A stretch of DNA of 64,000 nt from Lentisphaeria bacterium (GTDB lineage: Bacteria > Verrucomicrobiota > Lentisphaeria > JABSQK01 > JAWLHB01), in NCBI GenBank assembly GCA_041690595.1, contig JAWLHB010000032.1:1-64000 (forward strand). Reading direction: 5' to 3'. Shown piece by piece: positions 17,857 to 29,100 of the stretch; within the stretch, counting starts at the first letter, position 1, and every line of letters starts with the position of its first letter. Made by a program: the position numbers and the translations under genes. The notes beneath the pieces were generated by a model, which ran no database searches, was not told where the DNA came from, and saw nothing but the letters and a program-made list of their open reading frames with translations.

Positions 17857-18300
17857 ATGAGTCTTCATGATCTTGAAAACCCCGCCCCGCGCAAACAGCG
17901 CAAGCGAGTGGGACGTGGCAACGGCAATAACTGGGGCCGCACCTGCGGTCGTGGTGAGAAAGGGCAAATGTCGCGCAGTGGCGCCCATCATCGTCCATAC
18001 TTTGAAGGCGGCCAGATCCCCCTTATCCGGCGCCTCCCCAAGCGTGGCTTCAAGAGCTATGACCACCAGGAGTTCTCCGTCGTCAACATCAAGGCGCTCG
18101 AAGCGGCCTTTGAAGATGGCGAGACTGTCGATCTCGAAGCGCTGAGCGACAGAGGCTTGCTCAGCAATCTGCGCAACGCGGGCCTGAAAATTCTGGGAGA
18201 GGGAGAGCTGACGCGGCGTCTGACCGTGAAAGCACATGCGTTCTCCGGCTCGGCCAAGGCCAAGATCGAAGCCGCTGGCGGCACCATCGAATCTCTCTAA
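17857..18300 (+). CDS. rplO: 50S ribosomal protein L15
   Basis: KRVGRG, GRGEKGQ.SRSG, FEGGQ.PL.RRLPKRGF. Confidence 0.97.
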   Translation: MSLHDLENPAPRKQRKRVGRGNGNNWGRTCGRGEKGQMSRSGAHHRPYFEGGQIPLIRRLPKRGFKSYDHQEFSVVNIKALEAAFEDGETVDLEALSDRGLLSNLRNAGLKILGEGELTRRLTVKAHAFSGSAKAKIEAAGGTIESL

Positions 18301-18322
18301 TTCCTTGCGGGGAACCACTGTC

Positions 18323-19717
18323 ATGCTCAAAGCCTTCGCGGACTGCTTTAAAATACCAGAACTGCGCAAACGCATTCTGTTTACGCTCTTCATTCTGGCC
18401 TTGTGCCGGGTTGCCCAGATCGTCAATACGCCGGGCATCAATGTTGAGGCACTCGACCAGGCGTTCGAGACCATGAGGCAGAACCAGGCTGGCACGAGCG
18501 GTGGTATCCTCGGCATGTTCGACATGTTTACCGGTGGCGCGCTCCAGCGATTTGCTGTCGCCGCCCTGGGAATCATGCCCTACATCACTGCATCCATCAT
18601 CATCCAGCTCCTCACCCCCATCTATCCCACGCTCGAACGCTGGAAGCGTGAGGGTGAGACTGGGATGCAGAAGATCAACCAATGGACCCGCTATCTGACC
18701 CTGCTGATCTGCATCGTGCAGGGCTTCATGGCCGCCAAGGCGATGGAAAACCCGAACATCCTCCCAGGTGTCGATCTCGGGCCCAACGTCTCCTTTGTCT
18801 ACAATCCAGGCCTGGGGTTTGAGCTGATGACCGTCATCATCCTCACCTGTGGTACCATGATCCTGATGTGGCTCGGCGAACAGATCACCGACCGCGGCAT
18901 TGGACAGGGAGCCTCCCTGATCATCACCGTGGGTATCATTGAACTGGCGCCTTCCGCCATCGGCAACATGTGGACGCTCTACCAGACCGCTGGGACCAGC
19001 GATACCAACTTCGGGCTCATTCACGTGCTCATCCTCATTGCGCTCTTCCTCCTGGTGACCGCCGCAACCGTGGCGCTCACCGTAGGCGTGCGCAAGATAC
19101 CGATACAGTACGCCAGAACCATGAGCGTCGGGCGCCAAGGCGGAAAAGCCCCATCGAGCTTCTTCCCCCTGCGCGTCAACTACGCCAGCGTTATGCCGAT
19201 CATCTTCGCCCAGGCTCTCCTGATGTTCCCGCCATTCCTTATCGGCATCATGGCGGGCACCGATTGGCTCAGTTGGGCGGTGGTCTTTGAACCGCTCTTC
19301 ACTCATGGCACGGTTCCCTACATGGTCATCTACGCTTTGCTGCTCATTCTCTTCACCTTCTTCTGGGTCAGCAACCAGTTCAATACGGTGCAGATTGCCG
19401 ATGATCTCAAGCGCAACAACGCCTACATCCCTGGAGTGCGTCCCGGCAAACCGACCGCCGACTTCCTGGATTGGTCGATGACCCGGGTGACCATGTTCGG
19501 TTCGCTCTACCTGGTGGCCCTCGCCTTGTTCCCGATGATCATCGTCACCCAGATGCCGATCGACTTCATGATAGCCAGCTTCTTCGGTGGCTCCAGCCTG
19601 ATCATCATCGTGGGCGTCATGCTCGACACGATGCGTCAGGCCGAATCCCACCTGCTGATGCACGGCTACGATACCTTCTCCGAGAAGGGTCGACTCCGCG
19701 GTCGCGGCCGTTACTGA
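18323..19717 (+). CDS. secY: Preprotein translocase subunit SecY
   Basis: ELRKRILFTL, ALGIMPYITASII.QLL, WLGEQIT.RGIG, IPGVRPGKPT, FGGSSLIIIVGV. Confidence 0.97.
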   Translation: MLKAFADCFKIPELRKRILFTLFILALCRVAQIVNTPGINVEALDQAFETMRQNQAGTSGGILGMFDMFTGGALQRFAVAALGIMPYITASIIIQLLTPIYPTLERWKREGETGMQKINQWTRYLTLLICIVQGFMAAKAMENPNILPGVDLGPNVSFVYNPGLGFELMTVIILTCGTMILMWLGEQITDRGIGQGASLIITVGIIELAPSAIGNMWTLYQTAGTSDTNFGLIHVLILIALFLLVTAATVALTVGVRKIPIQYARTMSVGRQGGKAPSSFFPLRVNYASVMPIIFAQALLMFPPFLIGIMAGTDWLSWAVVFEPLFTHGTVPYMVIYALLLILFTFFWVSNQFNTVQIADDLKRNNAYIPGVRPGKPTADFLDWSMTRVTMFGSLYLVALALFPMIIVTQMPIDFMIASFFGGSSLIIIVGVMLDTMRQAESHLLMHGYDTFSEKGRLRGRGRY

Positions 19718-19734
19718 TCCAAGCCAGCTCTCTG

Positions 19735-19766
19735 AAGCCCCGGACCAACCAGTCCGGGGCTTTTTT
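19735..19766 (+). terminator. Rho-independent terminator after secY
   Basis: AAGCCCCGGAC-caacca-GTCCGGGGCTT followed by a T run. Confidence 0.85.
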
Positions 19767-19787
19767 GTACCCCCCACAACACCACGC

Positions 19788-20537
19788 TCACGACTTCATG
19801 GCGTCGAGCAGGCGGTCGACCTGCGCCATGAGCTGCTGCCAATGCGCGCCGCGCCAGTAGATCTGACCGCAGGAACGACAGCGATGGAAGGTCGTGTACC
19901 AGGTGGCCGTCTCCAGCGGAATGTCTTCCCGGACATCGTCCACCGAGGCTTCAGCGAGCAGGCCGTTGCAGGTCAGGCAGCGGGTACCCGGCGCCACCGC
20001 GTGCTGAAGCTGCACCCGCCGCACCACCTGCACCGCCTGGGCTTCCGGTTCGTCGGAATGCAGATAGATGCCGTGGTCGACAAGGCTGCGCTTCAACAGT
20101 CCCTTGTCGCGAGTGAGCAGGATCCGCTTCTCCGTGTGGCTGATCTCCGCGAGCCGATCGTCATCGCAGTATCGCCAATAGAGGCAATCCAGGCCCAGCA
20201 GGCGAAGCAAGCGCACCAGCTTGCCCATATGGACGTCGGCCACAAAACGCGGATGACGCAACGGTGGCCGGCCCAGCTTGCTCAACCCACTCACGTCAAA
20301 TGACTCGAAGACCGGATAGACGCTGATGCGATCGCCGTCGGCAACCAGTCGGTCGAAGCCCACCGGCTCTCCGTTCACCAGGATCATATCGATCTCCGTG
20401 TGTGGCACGCCCTGTGCTTCGACCAGATCCTTCACCGATCGCGAATCCGCAAACTCCACCACATGCTCACGCTTGTGACGATCACGCGGCAGGAAGGCAT
20501 TCAGTTCCTCGTAGAAGCGCATCCTGACGCGGTACAT
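19788..20537 (-). CDS. Mut7-C RNase (PIN-fold) protein with N-terminal ubiquitin-like domain
   Basis: RFYEELN.FLP, SVKDLVEAQGVPHTEID.ILVNG, RFVADVHMGKLVRLLRLLG, ILLTRD, RC..CNG, RC..CGQIYWRGAHW; true start ATG 20537. Confidence 0.9.
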   Translation of the reverse strand: MYRVRMRFYEELNAFLPRDRHKREHVVEFADSRSVKDLVEAQGVPHTEIDMILVNGEPVGFDRLVADGDRISVYPVFESFDVSGLSKLGRPPLRHPRFVADVHMGKLVRLLRLLGLDCLYWRYCDDDRLAEISHTEKRILLTRDKGLLKRSLVDHGIYLHSDEPEAQAVQVVRRVQLQHAVAPGTRCLTCNGLLAEASVDDVREDIPLETATWYTTFHRCRSCGQIYWRGAHWQQLMAQVDRLLDAMKS

Positions 20538-20539
20538 CG

Positions 20540-23371
20540 CTAGCCTTCCAGGGCAAGACGCAGCGAGACGATGCTCCCATGCCCAACGCGCAGGTGGACG
20601 CGATCCCCATTGATCTGAGGCGCTGGTCCGTCCATCGGCCGCTCGTGCAGATCGACAAGCGAGGCATGATGCACAGCGGCCGGGAAACGCAGGATCACGG
20701 TTGTATCCTCCCCGGCCATTTCCACCAGACGCACGATCAGTTCCAGACCTTGCGCTGCTTCCGGCTGTTTCACGGACATGACCTGCACGCTGCCACTCTC
20801 TATGGCCGCCAGTGAAGCGGTCGCGGGGAGAGGACCTGCCGACGCGCGGGTGGCCATCACCATGGGAGCATGCCGCCAAAGCGCGGAGGCCTTCGCAAGG
20901 GCCAGGTTGGTGCGGTCTGCCACGGGACCTACCGCAAGGCGAATCGTATGCACACCATATTCGGGATAAGGATCCGGATCGAAGGAGCCGCGAATGAGCG
21001 AGATTGAAAGCGCATCGCCATCGCCGCGGAAGCCATGCTTCGAGTCGCCGATCAGCATCAGCGCCGAAGCGGCATCATCCGCCGGCTCCGCCATTGCCCA
21101 GGCATTAGCCGGCACATCCATGGCGCAGCCATCGCGCCGAATCACGCCGCACGGCACATCGTATGCATAGGTTGCGCAATGAAAGGAAGCGGGGATGTGG
21201 TACTGAAGCTGCGGTATGCCCTCACCGCGGCGCCCCACCTCATGCCAGTCCACCTCCAACTCATAGTCCAGCAAGCGTGACTGATGCTTCAGGAGAACCC
21301 TGCCGGTAATGGACGAGTTCAGGAAGGTCGCCTTGAAGTCGACACTCTGGCAGAGCCGATCCTCGCCAAGTGAAAGGGAAGTCACGTGGAGCGTCTCGAA
21401 AAGGCTGTTGACCGTCATGTAGCGGCCGACCTGCCAGGAGGTCATGCCCTTGGAATCATCCTCCCGCACCAGCCGCAGACCGCCACCATGCAGACGACCG
21501 CCATCCACCACATTCTCGCCGCTGCTCTTGTCGATCAGCGCCATCAGGCTGAGATCCTCGGAACGCAGCTCCGCGCGCACCAGCTCATTCTCCAGAACGA
21601 ATGTCGCGGGCAGCTCGACTCTGAAGTCGTAGCCCTCGTGAAACTTCGGTTCGCTCCGCGCCCCGAGATCTTCGTCAACGACGAGCGTGGCATACCCGGA
21701 TGAAGGCAGCTTGGCATGAACCAGAAGGCGCAGGTAGCGGTGGCCCCAGTACGGATTGGTGCCACTCTGAACAACTTCACAGGCAAGCGTACCGCCGGCG
21801 GAATCGCGCACGCGCAGACGCTTGGAATCGCCCGCCCAATCCCATATGACCAGCTCGACCGGCTCCTCCCGCTCGGCAAAAACAGGATTGAAAACAACAA
21901 AGATCCGGCGACGCCCTTCTCCCCTGCCGGTCTGGGATATCTTCCCCCGACTGACGCCAAAGCCCACGCCGGCGCCATGCGCACAATCTGGGAGCCGCGT
22001 CATCGCGTCCCCTTCCTCGCCATAGGCCGACGTGTCGATGCGCTCGCAGAAAGCGCGCAAGGCCTGGGCTTCGCGAGCCACCGCCACCGCCATTGTCTCC
22101 TGGTAGAGACCCATGGCGTGTTCACGCGTCTCGATGACCCCCGACCCGGGAATGATGTCGTGAAACTGGTTGAAGAGGACATTGCGCCACCCTTCTTCGA
22201 AAAGGCTGGTGGTATAGAGGGCGTCGGCCCGGGTGGCAGCCAGGGCGGCGGCCCATTCCGCGCGATAGAGTGCCTCCTCACCGCGCCGGTTGCCACGCTT
22301 GATGCGGGACTGCGAGGTGTAGCAGCCGCTGAAGATGAAGTTCCGCTCCCCATGAACGTCGGGCCATCTCTCGTTGTGAAGCTCGAGCAGGCTGAACCAT
22401 TCACGGTAGGTGCCGAAGCGCAAGGCTGGAAAGATCGGCCAGCCTTGCATGTCGATCAGCATCTCGATATCGCGACGCGTCGGCCCGCCCCCGTGATCCC
22501 CGACGCCATAGACCTTGAGCATGGTATCGATGCCATTTCGTTCACAGTAGGAGGGTACAAAACGGGCCCAGCCGGAATTCATCTCGGCATTGTACCAGAG
22601 CGGCTCGCGGTAGGCGAGGACCGAGGCGCCCGAGGGGGCGTACCAGCGATAGATGTCGTGATCATGCGAGCCCCGGCAGTGATAGTAGTACTTCACGCCC
22701 CCTTTGCTCAGAAGCTCCGGCGTGTTGGTGCTGTGGCCGAAAGTATCCGGCTCGAAATCGATCTCGAGAGCTTCCGGCGCCAACCCCAGAAGCTTGCCGA
22801 GATACGCCTTGGTGTAGAGCAGGTGGCGGACAAAGCTCTCCCCGCTCGGCATGTTCTTGTCGGCCTCCACCCAGTGCGACGCCGTCACTTCCCAACGCCC
22901 TTCATCCACATAGCGGCGGATCTCCGGGAGCATCTCCGGCGCATACTGCTCGACGATGTGATAGACGGATGCCTGCGACTGCGCGAAGGTGAACGCATCA
23001 TACTCGCCCAGAAGATCCAGCATGGTGCGGAAGGTTTCGATCGTGATCGATACCGTTTCCTGCCAGGACCACATCCAGTTCATGTCGATATGCGCATGCC
23101 CCACACAGAGGATGTGATGCTCCCTCGCCCGAGATGCCAGCGGCGCCAGAGCGGCCTCCATCTCCTCCACCGCCTGCCGCGTTACCGCGCCATCCGTTCC
23201 AAAACGCCGGCTCAGACCATCGACGGCCGCCTTCAGTGAGCGTCCATCCAACTGCCGGTCGATCCGCGTCAGCTCCGCCGCATAGTCCAGCTGAGCAAGG
23301 GCGCGATCGGCCCAGTATCCGCTTCCCGCCACCTCATGAAGTCGTATCAGTTGCGCAAGAGAGTCCGGCAT
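20540..23371 (-). CDS. Alpha-mannosidase, GH38
   Basis: GHAHIDMNWMW, EPDTFGH, YGVGDHGGGP, GCYTSQ..KRGNR, NQFHDIIPGS. Confidence 0.9.
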   Translation of the reverse strand: MPDSLAQLIRLHEVAGSGYWADRALAQLDYAAELTRIDRQLDGRSLKAAVDGLSRRFGTDGAVTRQAVEEMEAALAPLASRAREHHILCVGHAHIDMNWMWSWQETVSITIETFRTMLDLLGEYDAFTFAQSQASVYHIVEQYAPEMLPEIRRYVDEGRWEVTASHWVEADKNMPSGESFVRHLLYTKAYLGKLLGLAPEALEIDFEPDTFGHSTNTPELLSKGGVKYYYHCRGSHDHDIYRWYAPSGASVLAYREPLWYNAEMNSGWARFVPSYCERNGIDTMLKVYGVGDHGGGPTRRDIEMLIDMQGWPIFPALRFGTYREWFSLLELHNERWPDVHGERNFIFSGCYTSQSRIKRGNRRGEEALYRAEWAAALAATRADALYTTSLFEEGWRNVLFNQFHDIIPGSGVIETREHAMGLYQETMAVAVAREAQALRAFCERIDTSAYGEEGDAMTRLPDCAHGAGVGFGVSRGKISQTGRGEGRRRIFVVFNPVFAEREEPVELVIWDWAGDSKRLRVRDSAGGTLACEVVQSGTNPYWGHRYLRLLVHAKLPSSGYATLVVDEDLGARSEPKFHEGYDFRVELPATFVLENELVRAELRSEDLSLMALIDKSSGENVVDGGRLHGGGLRLVREDDSKGMTSWQVGRYMTVNSLFETLHVTSLSLGEDRLCQSVDFKATFLNSSITGRVLLKHQSRLLDYELEVDWHEVGRRGEGIPQLQYHIPASFHCATYAYDVPCGVIRRDGCAMDVPANAWAMAEPADDAASALMLIGDSKHGFRGDGDALSISLIRGSFDPDPYPEYGVHTIRLAVGPVADRTNLALAKASALWRHAPMVMATRASAGPLPATASLAAIESGSVQVMSVKQPEAAQGLELIVRLVEMAGEDTTVILRFPAAVHHASLVDLHERPMDGPAPQINGDRVHLRVGHGSIVSLRLALEG

Positions 23372-23391
23372 GCTCTGCCCCCACTTCAGAT

Positions 23392-23793
23392 TTATGGACG
23401 TTTATCTTTCGCCGCGGCTTCGACGCCGCGATCCTGCAGGAGATGCTCCAGAAGCACTGCCAGCGTCATCTCCAGCGAATTCTTGGTCACCACCGCAAAA
23501 ACCGGCCACTCGCCTTCCTGCTTGTAGGCCTTCACCATGCGCTGAACCTGCTCGGGCGGCACATTGCAGAATAGGATGAGCGGCTCCTTCAATGCCGTCA
23601 GCCGCAGCGTGGCATTAAAATCATCCGGCGGCGCAAAGTCTTCCCCGCTGGTCACAAGATCGCGCAGAGAGCGATGGAGGTGCTGATGCTGCCAGCAACC
23701 CGGAGCAGGCAACCCGATATCAAGGCAATGATTCCGCAACCGCGCAAGAGCTTTGGCGGAAGTCGATATGGTGAAGAGACGAGCGGCTGACAT
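23392..23793 (-). CDS. Small conserved protein, DUF3783-like
   Basis: C-terminal LILFCNVP...PVFAVVTKNSLEMTLAVLLEHLLQD pattern. Confidence 0.55.
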   Translation of the reverse strand: MSAARLFTISTSAKALARLRNHCLDIGLPAPGCWQHQHLHRSLRDLVTSGEDFAPPDDFNATLRLTALKEPLILFCNVPPEQVQRMVKAYKQEGEWPVFAVVTKNSLEMTLAVLLEHLLQDRGVEAAAKDKRP

Positions 23794-23879
23794 GAGGGTA
23801 CTACCTGGCCGTTAAAGGATCGAAAGTGAAGCTTAACATAGCGCCGCCAACTCCCGCGGATCAACCCGAAGCCCCCGCG

Positions 23880-24716
23880 TCAGACGCTGTCGCCATGCGG
23901 TTCAGTCGGAACGTCCGCTGTTTCGACCAGGTCAGCCGGGGGCTCTGGATAAATGCCGTCCAAGGCATTGGCAACGATCTGTTTCACTTCCGGTGAGAAA
24001 TCAGAGCGCAGTATCCATTCCAGGAATCCCTGGTCGCTCTCGACGAGCATGCTCAGCCGAGTGCCAATCCGCTTGCCGAAGCCCAGCACCACATGGCCCT
24101 TTTCCCAACGCAGCTTGCCCTCCCAGTCCACATACTTGCGGCGGTAGGGATTGAACTGGTCGTCGAGCTTGTCGACATCCTTGGGCAGATCCTCGTACTT
24201 GTGCAGTTGTCCCTCGATGACCTTGATCGTCGCGAGCACGTCGGCCTCCGAATCGTGGGCATTGTCATGCCCTTCGCCGCAATAATACATGAGTGCCGCC
24301 TCGAGCGTACGTGGCTCCTTCTTGCGAAAGATCTGGTACGCATCCAGAACGCGCCGGCCAGACATCGAAAAGGGGACGCCGACCCGGCAGAACTCGTTCA
24401 TCAGCAACGGGATGTCAAAATAGACAATATTGAAGCCGGCAAGATCGCACCCCTCCAGGTAGTCGCTCAAGGACTTGGCGATCTGCCGGAAACTCGCTTC
24501 CTCCTTCACCATCTCATCGGTGATGCCATGGATCTCCGTGGAATCCGGCGGGATCGGCATGAGGGGGTTGACAAGGCGGGTGCGCACTTCCATACTCCGA
24601 TCCGGCAGCACTTTGGCACAGCTGATCTGCACAATTCTGTCCGAAAACGTGCTGATCCCGGTCGCTTCCAAGTCGAAAACCACCAGCGGTCGTTTCAAGT
24701 TCAAACGCATCTTCAC
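23880..24716 (-). CDS. DEDDh 3'-5' exonuclease (DNA polymerase III epsilon-like)
   Basis: ExoI VFDLEATG, IHGIT, ExoII GFNIVYFD, ExoIII AHDSEADV. Confidence 0.9.
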   Translation of the reverse strand: MKMRLNLKRPLVVFDLEATGISTFSDRIVQISCAKVLPDRSMEVRTRLVNPLMPIPPDSTEIHGITDEMVKEEASFRQIAKSLSDYLEGCDLAGFNIVYFDIPLLMNEFCRVGVPFSMSGRRVLDAYQIFRKKEPRTLEAALMYYCGEGHDNAHDSEADVLATIKVIEGQLHKYEDLPKDVDKLDDQFNPYRRKYVDWEGKLRWEKGHVVLGFGKRIGTRLSMLVESDQGFLEWILRSDFSPEVKQIVANALDGIYPEPPADLVETADVPTEPHGDSV

Positions 24717-26057
24717 CTAGGATTTCAGGAAGATTTCGATAACGGGGACAGTAACCGGCGGCTTCCTGACGGGAAGCGTCAAGGTGCGGATCTGGGTACT
24801 GCCGGCGGTGGGCGAGACGGAACTGCCGGCTTCGAGCTGCCACGGCTCCAACCCCTTGATGGGTATCTCGGAAGCATCGTTCAACAACTGCGCGTACTCG
24901 ATTCTGTCGCCCCAGGCCTTGCCTTCGAGATGAAGGTGGCGGAACGGCCAGGTGAGAACGTGCAGGTAGATTCGGTTGGTATCGGGGTTATAGGTCAACC
25001 GGCAATCCTGCGGGCAGACGAACTCCGGCGGCGCCTGGGTGCAACCGCGAATACTGCGCTCGTGGCGCCTCATCCAGGTGCCGAATCCAGCCAGCCGATC
25101 CAGCGCCCGATAATCGAACTCACCACGCCCGGTTGGACCGACGTTGAGCAGCAGATTGCCCCCTTTGCTGACGGTGTCGATCAGCATCTCGATGAGTTGC
25201 TCGATACTCTTCCAGCTATCCTCGTCGCGATGATAGCCCCAGGCGCCACTGAAGGTCTGGCAGGCTTCCCAGACCACCGGCTGCCCGTTCACGTGAACCC
25301 ACGAACGCGGCTGGAACTGCTCCGGCGTCTTCACATCCCATCCACCGGGGATATCGAGACGATCGTCGAGGATCACCTCCGGCATCAGTTCGCGGATCAT
25401 CGCATAAAGCTCATCACTGCGCCAGGCCAGGTGGCCCTTGCCTCTGGAGAAATCGGCCGGCGCCTCTTTGTCCGGAAAGGAGAAGTCGAACCAGAGGATG
25501 TCCACCTTGCCGAAATCGGTGAGCAGTTCGCGCACCTGGCCGTGCAGGTAGTCCGCGTACTTCATCTGGTTGCGCTGGGCATTCAGGCGCGCCCGTTCAT
25601 CATCGCCCAGATTGCGCTGTGGATGGTTGCGATTGTCGATGACATACTCCGGGTGATGCCAGTCGATCAGCGAGTGATAGAAGCCCACCTTCATCTGCTG
25701 CTCGCGGAACGCCTCCACCATGGGCGTGAGCAGGTCCTTGCCGCACGGCGTATTCGGCGCCTTGTAGTCGGTCAAGGCGGAATCCCACAGACAGAAACCG
25801 TCGTGGTGTTTGGTGGTGATCACGAAGTACTTCATGCCAGCGCCGGCAGCGGCCGCCGCCCACAACTTCGGGTCGTAAAGATCCGGGTCGAAGTGCCGGA
25901 AGTACGTCTGATAGCTCTCGTCAGGGATCATCTCACGACTCTTTACCCACTCATGACGCGCCGGTAATGCATACAGCCCCCAGTGAATGAAAAGCCCGAA
26001 GCGATCCTTCACAAACCATTCGGTATTACCAGGAGTGGATAGCGTCTGAAGAGTCAT
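24717..26057 (-). CDS. Alpha-L-fucosidase, GH29
   Basis: RFGLFIHWGLY, TTKHHDGFCLW, ILWFDFS, SKGGNLLLNVGP; start at ATG 26057 after GGAG. Confidence 0.92.
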   Translation of the reverse strand: MTLQTLSTPGNTEWFVKDRFGLFIHWGLYALPARHEWVKSREMIPDESYQTYFRHFDPDLYDPKLWAAAAAGAGMKYFVITTKHHDGFCLWDSALTDYKAPNTPCGKDLLTPMVEAFREQQMKVGFYHSLIDWHHPEYVIDNRNHPQRNLGDDERARLNAQRNQMKYADYLHGQVRELLTDFGKVDILWFDFSFPDKEAPADFSRGKGHLAWRSDELYAMIRELMPEVILDDRLDIPGGWDVKTPEQFQPRSWVHVNGQPVVWEACQTFSGAWGYHRDEDSWKSIEQLIEMLIDTVSKGGNLLLNVGPTGRGEFDYRALDRLAGFGTWMRRHERSIRGCTQAPPEFVCPQDCRLTYNPDTNRIYLHVLTWPFRHLHLEGKAWGDRIEYAQLLNDASEIPIKGLEPWQLEAGSSVSPTAGSTQIRTLTLPVRKPPVTVPVIEIFLKS

Positions 26058-26164
26058 CGCGAGTTGCTCCATTTTCAGGTGAGACTTTAAGTCGGGTTCG
26101 TTTGAATGTACATTTGACAGGATCGAGTGCAACAGGGGATAACGCATTTTAAGGATTTTCGACC

Positions 26165-29100
26165 ATGAGCAGGCAAGGCAAGAAACATTCCTGGTGGCGC
26201 TGGCTGATTGGCGTCATCGTATTGCTGGCAGTCGTTGTAACAGTGCTCTTTCTCTACATCAATCGGGGCGTCTTCATCCAGCGACACGTTCTCCCCCGCG
26301 TTTCCGCCATGCTCGGTACACCAGTTGTCGCCGATCGGATAGACTTCTCCGTCTTCAATCGACTCTCCATGAGCGGACTGCGGGTTGGCGATGAAGCCTC
26401 GCCGATTCTCATCGCCGAGCTGGTACGCATTCGCTGGCAACTGCGCCCCACCCTCGGAGGAAATCTGACTCTGGACGAAGTGCTGGCGGAAAACGTCACC
26501 GTCGATACTTCCTCAGAGGAACTCATGCACCTGCTCGCGCAACTCCCTCCTTCCGAACCCTCGGAAGAGCCCGTACGCATCGATCTGCGCACCCTCGCGC
26601 TCAAAAATATCGACATCACCTACCGCCATGGTGACGCCGTCGCGACAGTCACCGACCTCAATGTCGCGCTGGACAACTTGCGCAATGGCCAGCCGTTCAC
26701 CCTGGCCGTGGATGGCGGACTCCTGGTCGTGCAAGGCGAGGATCGCCTCTCCTCGCCAAACATGACACTTACCGCCAAGGGGACCATGAATGAAGAGCTT
26801 CTTCCTGTCGAGCTGATGGCGAACGGGGCCATGCCGCTGGGGGGCCAGGTGGCGGGAATCTCCCTTGACGACCGTTCCATCACGCTCGACGCCAACGTCG
26901 TTCACAACAACTCGCGCCTGGCCATCGACGAGACGGCTCTGCGCATGCTGTACCGTGGCGAAACGGAAAGCGAGTTGCTGCTCTCGGGCTCCCTCGACAC
27001 TACCACCAGCGAGGGCAGCATCACCACCCGGCTCGCGATGCCCAACGCGAACTTGCTCAACCTCATCGGGGCGTTGGCCGGGGGCATCAGCTTTGGCGAC
27101 ACCAGCGTCAACTATGCCGGAGAACTCGCCGTCGCCCCACAGGTCGAGGCGCTCTCCTTTACCGGGGATCTGGAGGTGCGCGATTTTGTCGTACGCACGC
27201 AGGACGCTTCCTTTGACGGTACCTTTGCGCCCCTGACAATTACTGGCGGCCATGCCATCTCCTACAGCAAAGCCGACCGCAGCCTCTCCATCGAGCGCCT
27301 CCAACTCGATATCGCGGAGAACGAACGCCAACTCGCCCGATTGTGGCTCGAAAAACCGCTGACGATGTCGCTATCCGGCAACGGCAGTGTGCCCGAGGGG
27401 GAGCGCGCCATGTTGAGCTTGCGGGTTGAGCGCCTGGAACTCGCGCGGTTCAAGGCGCTGCTGCCACCCGAACTGCCGGTGAACCTGGATGCCGCCGTTG
27501 CGACCTCCTCGTACGATATTCAACTGACCGCCGCCGGGGGAATCGGCATCACCGGTACGCAAAGCGTCGAAGGCATCGGTCTTCCGCAACTCGATGTGCC
27601 GCCGCTGACGATCACCCAGCAGCTTACCGCGGAAGGCATGCTCAATATCAGCAACTATACCGTGACGGTGCGTGACTACAGCCTCCAGGTCACCGGCAAC
27701 GAAGAACGTTACCTCTCTGTCGCGCTGCAGGAGCCCCTCGAAGGCAGTTTCCCCTTCCTGGGTACCGCCTCCTTCAGCGATGCGACGGTGCGCATAACCA
27801 ACGACGGCTTCCCCCTGCGCCTGCCGGCAGAGAACGCGGAGGCGCTGGCCATCGACGCCGGAGTTCTGACCTTCGACCTGATCGCACGCCTGACACGCAA
27901 AGGAAATGCCGCCGACTTGAACGGCAGCGTCACCCTCACCGACCTGAGCATGCAGATGGGCGGTCAAGCCTTCCCGCCATTGAATCTGGTACAGGAGATC
28001 GACGCCAGCTTTGTCAACCTGCAGACAGGCGACCGCCTCGAAGGCACCATCGACCTCAAGACCCGTACGCCGAATCGAAGTGGCCAGCCGGTCATGCTCG
28101 CGGCCCTGTCGCTGGCGGATATCTATATGACGCACGACAGCGAGAACGCGGGCGCCACGCTGCGCCTGGAAACACTCGACCTGCACGTGCTCGCCAGCCT
28201 CCTGCCGCCGGGGCTGCTTCCGGTGGATCTTGGCAACCCGAAGGTCGCCATGCTCGGGAAGCTGGCGAAGAGCGGCCAGAACGCCGAGATCTCGGGCAGT
28301 TTCAGCATCAAGAGTCTCCACCCTACCCTTCCGCAAACACCGTCCGCCAAGCTGCCTGCACTGGATATCGAGACGGAGCTCGATGCCCGGTTCGCGCTCG
28401 ACACGCAGGTGCTCCAGCTCGATCGGCTGACCGCGGAAGTCACCGAGGATGGGCACAGGATCGTCAACCTTTCACTGCAGGAAGCGGCGACCATCGACCC
28501 CGCGGGCGCCATGCCGATCATTCCGATACGGGTAACCGTTCAGGGACTCGACCTGGCACGGTACCAGGCCATGCTGCCGGCCGAACTCGGCGTCAGGAAA
28601 CTGGGTGGCACGGTCGAGGTGAAGCTCACTGCCAGCGCGGGCAGTGGCGAACAGATCTTCCTTGCCGACATGGCGGTGAATCTGAAGGATATCGTGCTGG
28701 AGAAGCCGGGGCTGACACTGACCCAGCCGGCCAGCTTCGCCATGAACATGCGCGGCGAAGTCGGCAAGGACCAGATGCTCCAGGTGCGCAACGGCGAGAT
28801 CAGCCTCCAAGCCGGCCCTGAATTGCAGCTGCAATCGGTCATGGAAGCTGCCATCGACACGACGGGACAGGCGCGAATGTCCACCCTGCAGCTCACCGTA
28901 ACCAACCCCGTTGACCTCCAGCGCCTCCTCGCCCTTGTCAACACCGAAACCGATTCCCCGACGGAACCCGCCACCCCTCCGCCGCCCGGACCTGAAGAGA
29001 CAGGAATACCCAAACTCCCGACGGATCTCTGGTTGATCACCACCCTTCAGGCAAAGGAACTGCGCTATGGTGCCTTGATAGCGACGGACTCCGTGGTACG

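Noticed and set aside
18161..19777. Long antisense ORFs (also 9111-10265, 21716-23239, 24093-25967, 35816-37552, 37564-39357, 43030-44304, 56762-58642)
   Set aside because: Each shadows a well-supported gene on the opposite strand, as expected from high-GC codon bias; none has recognisable motifs.
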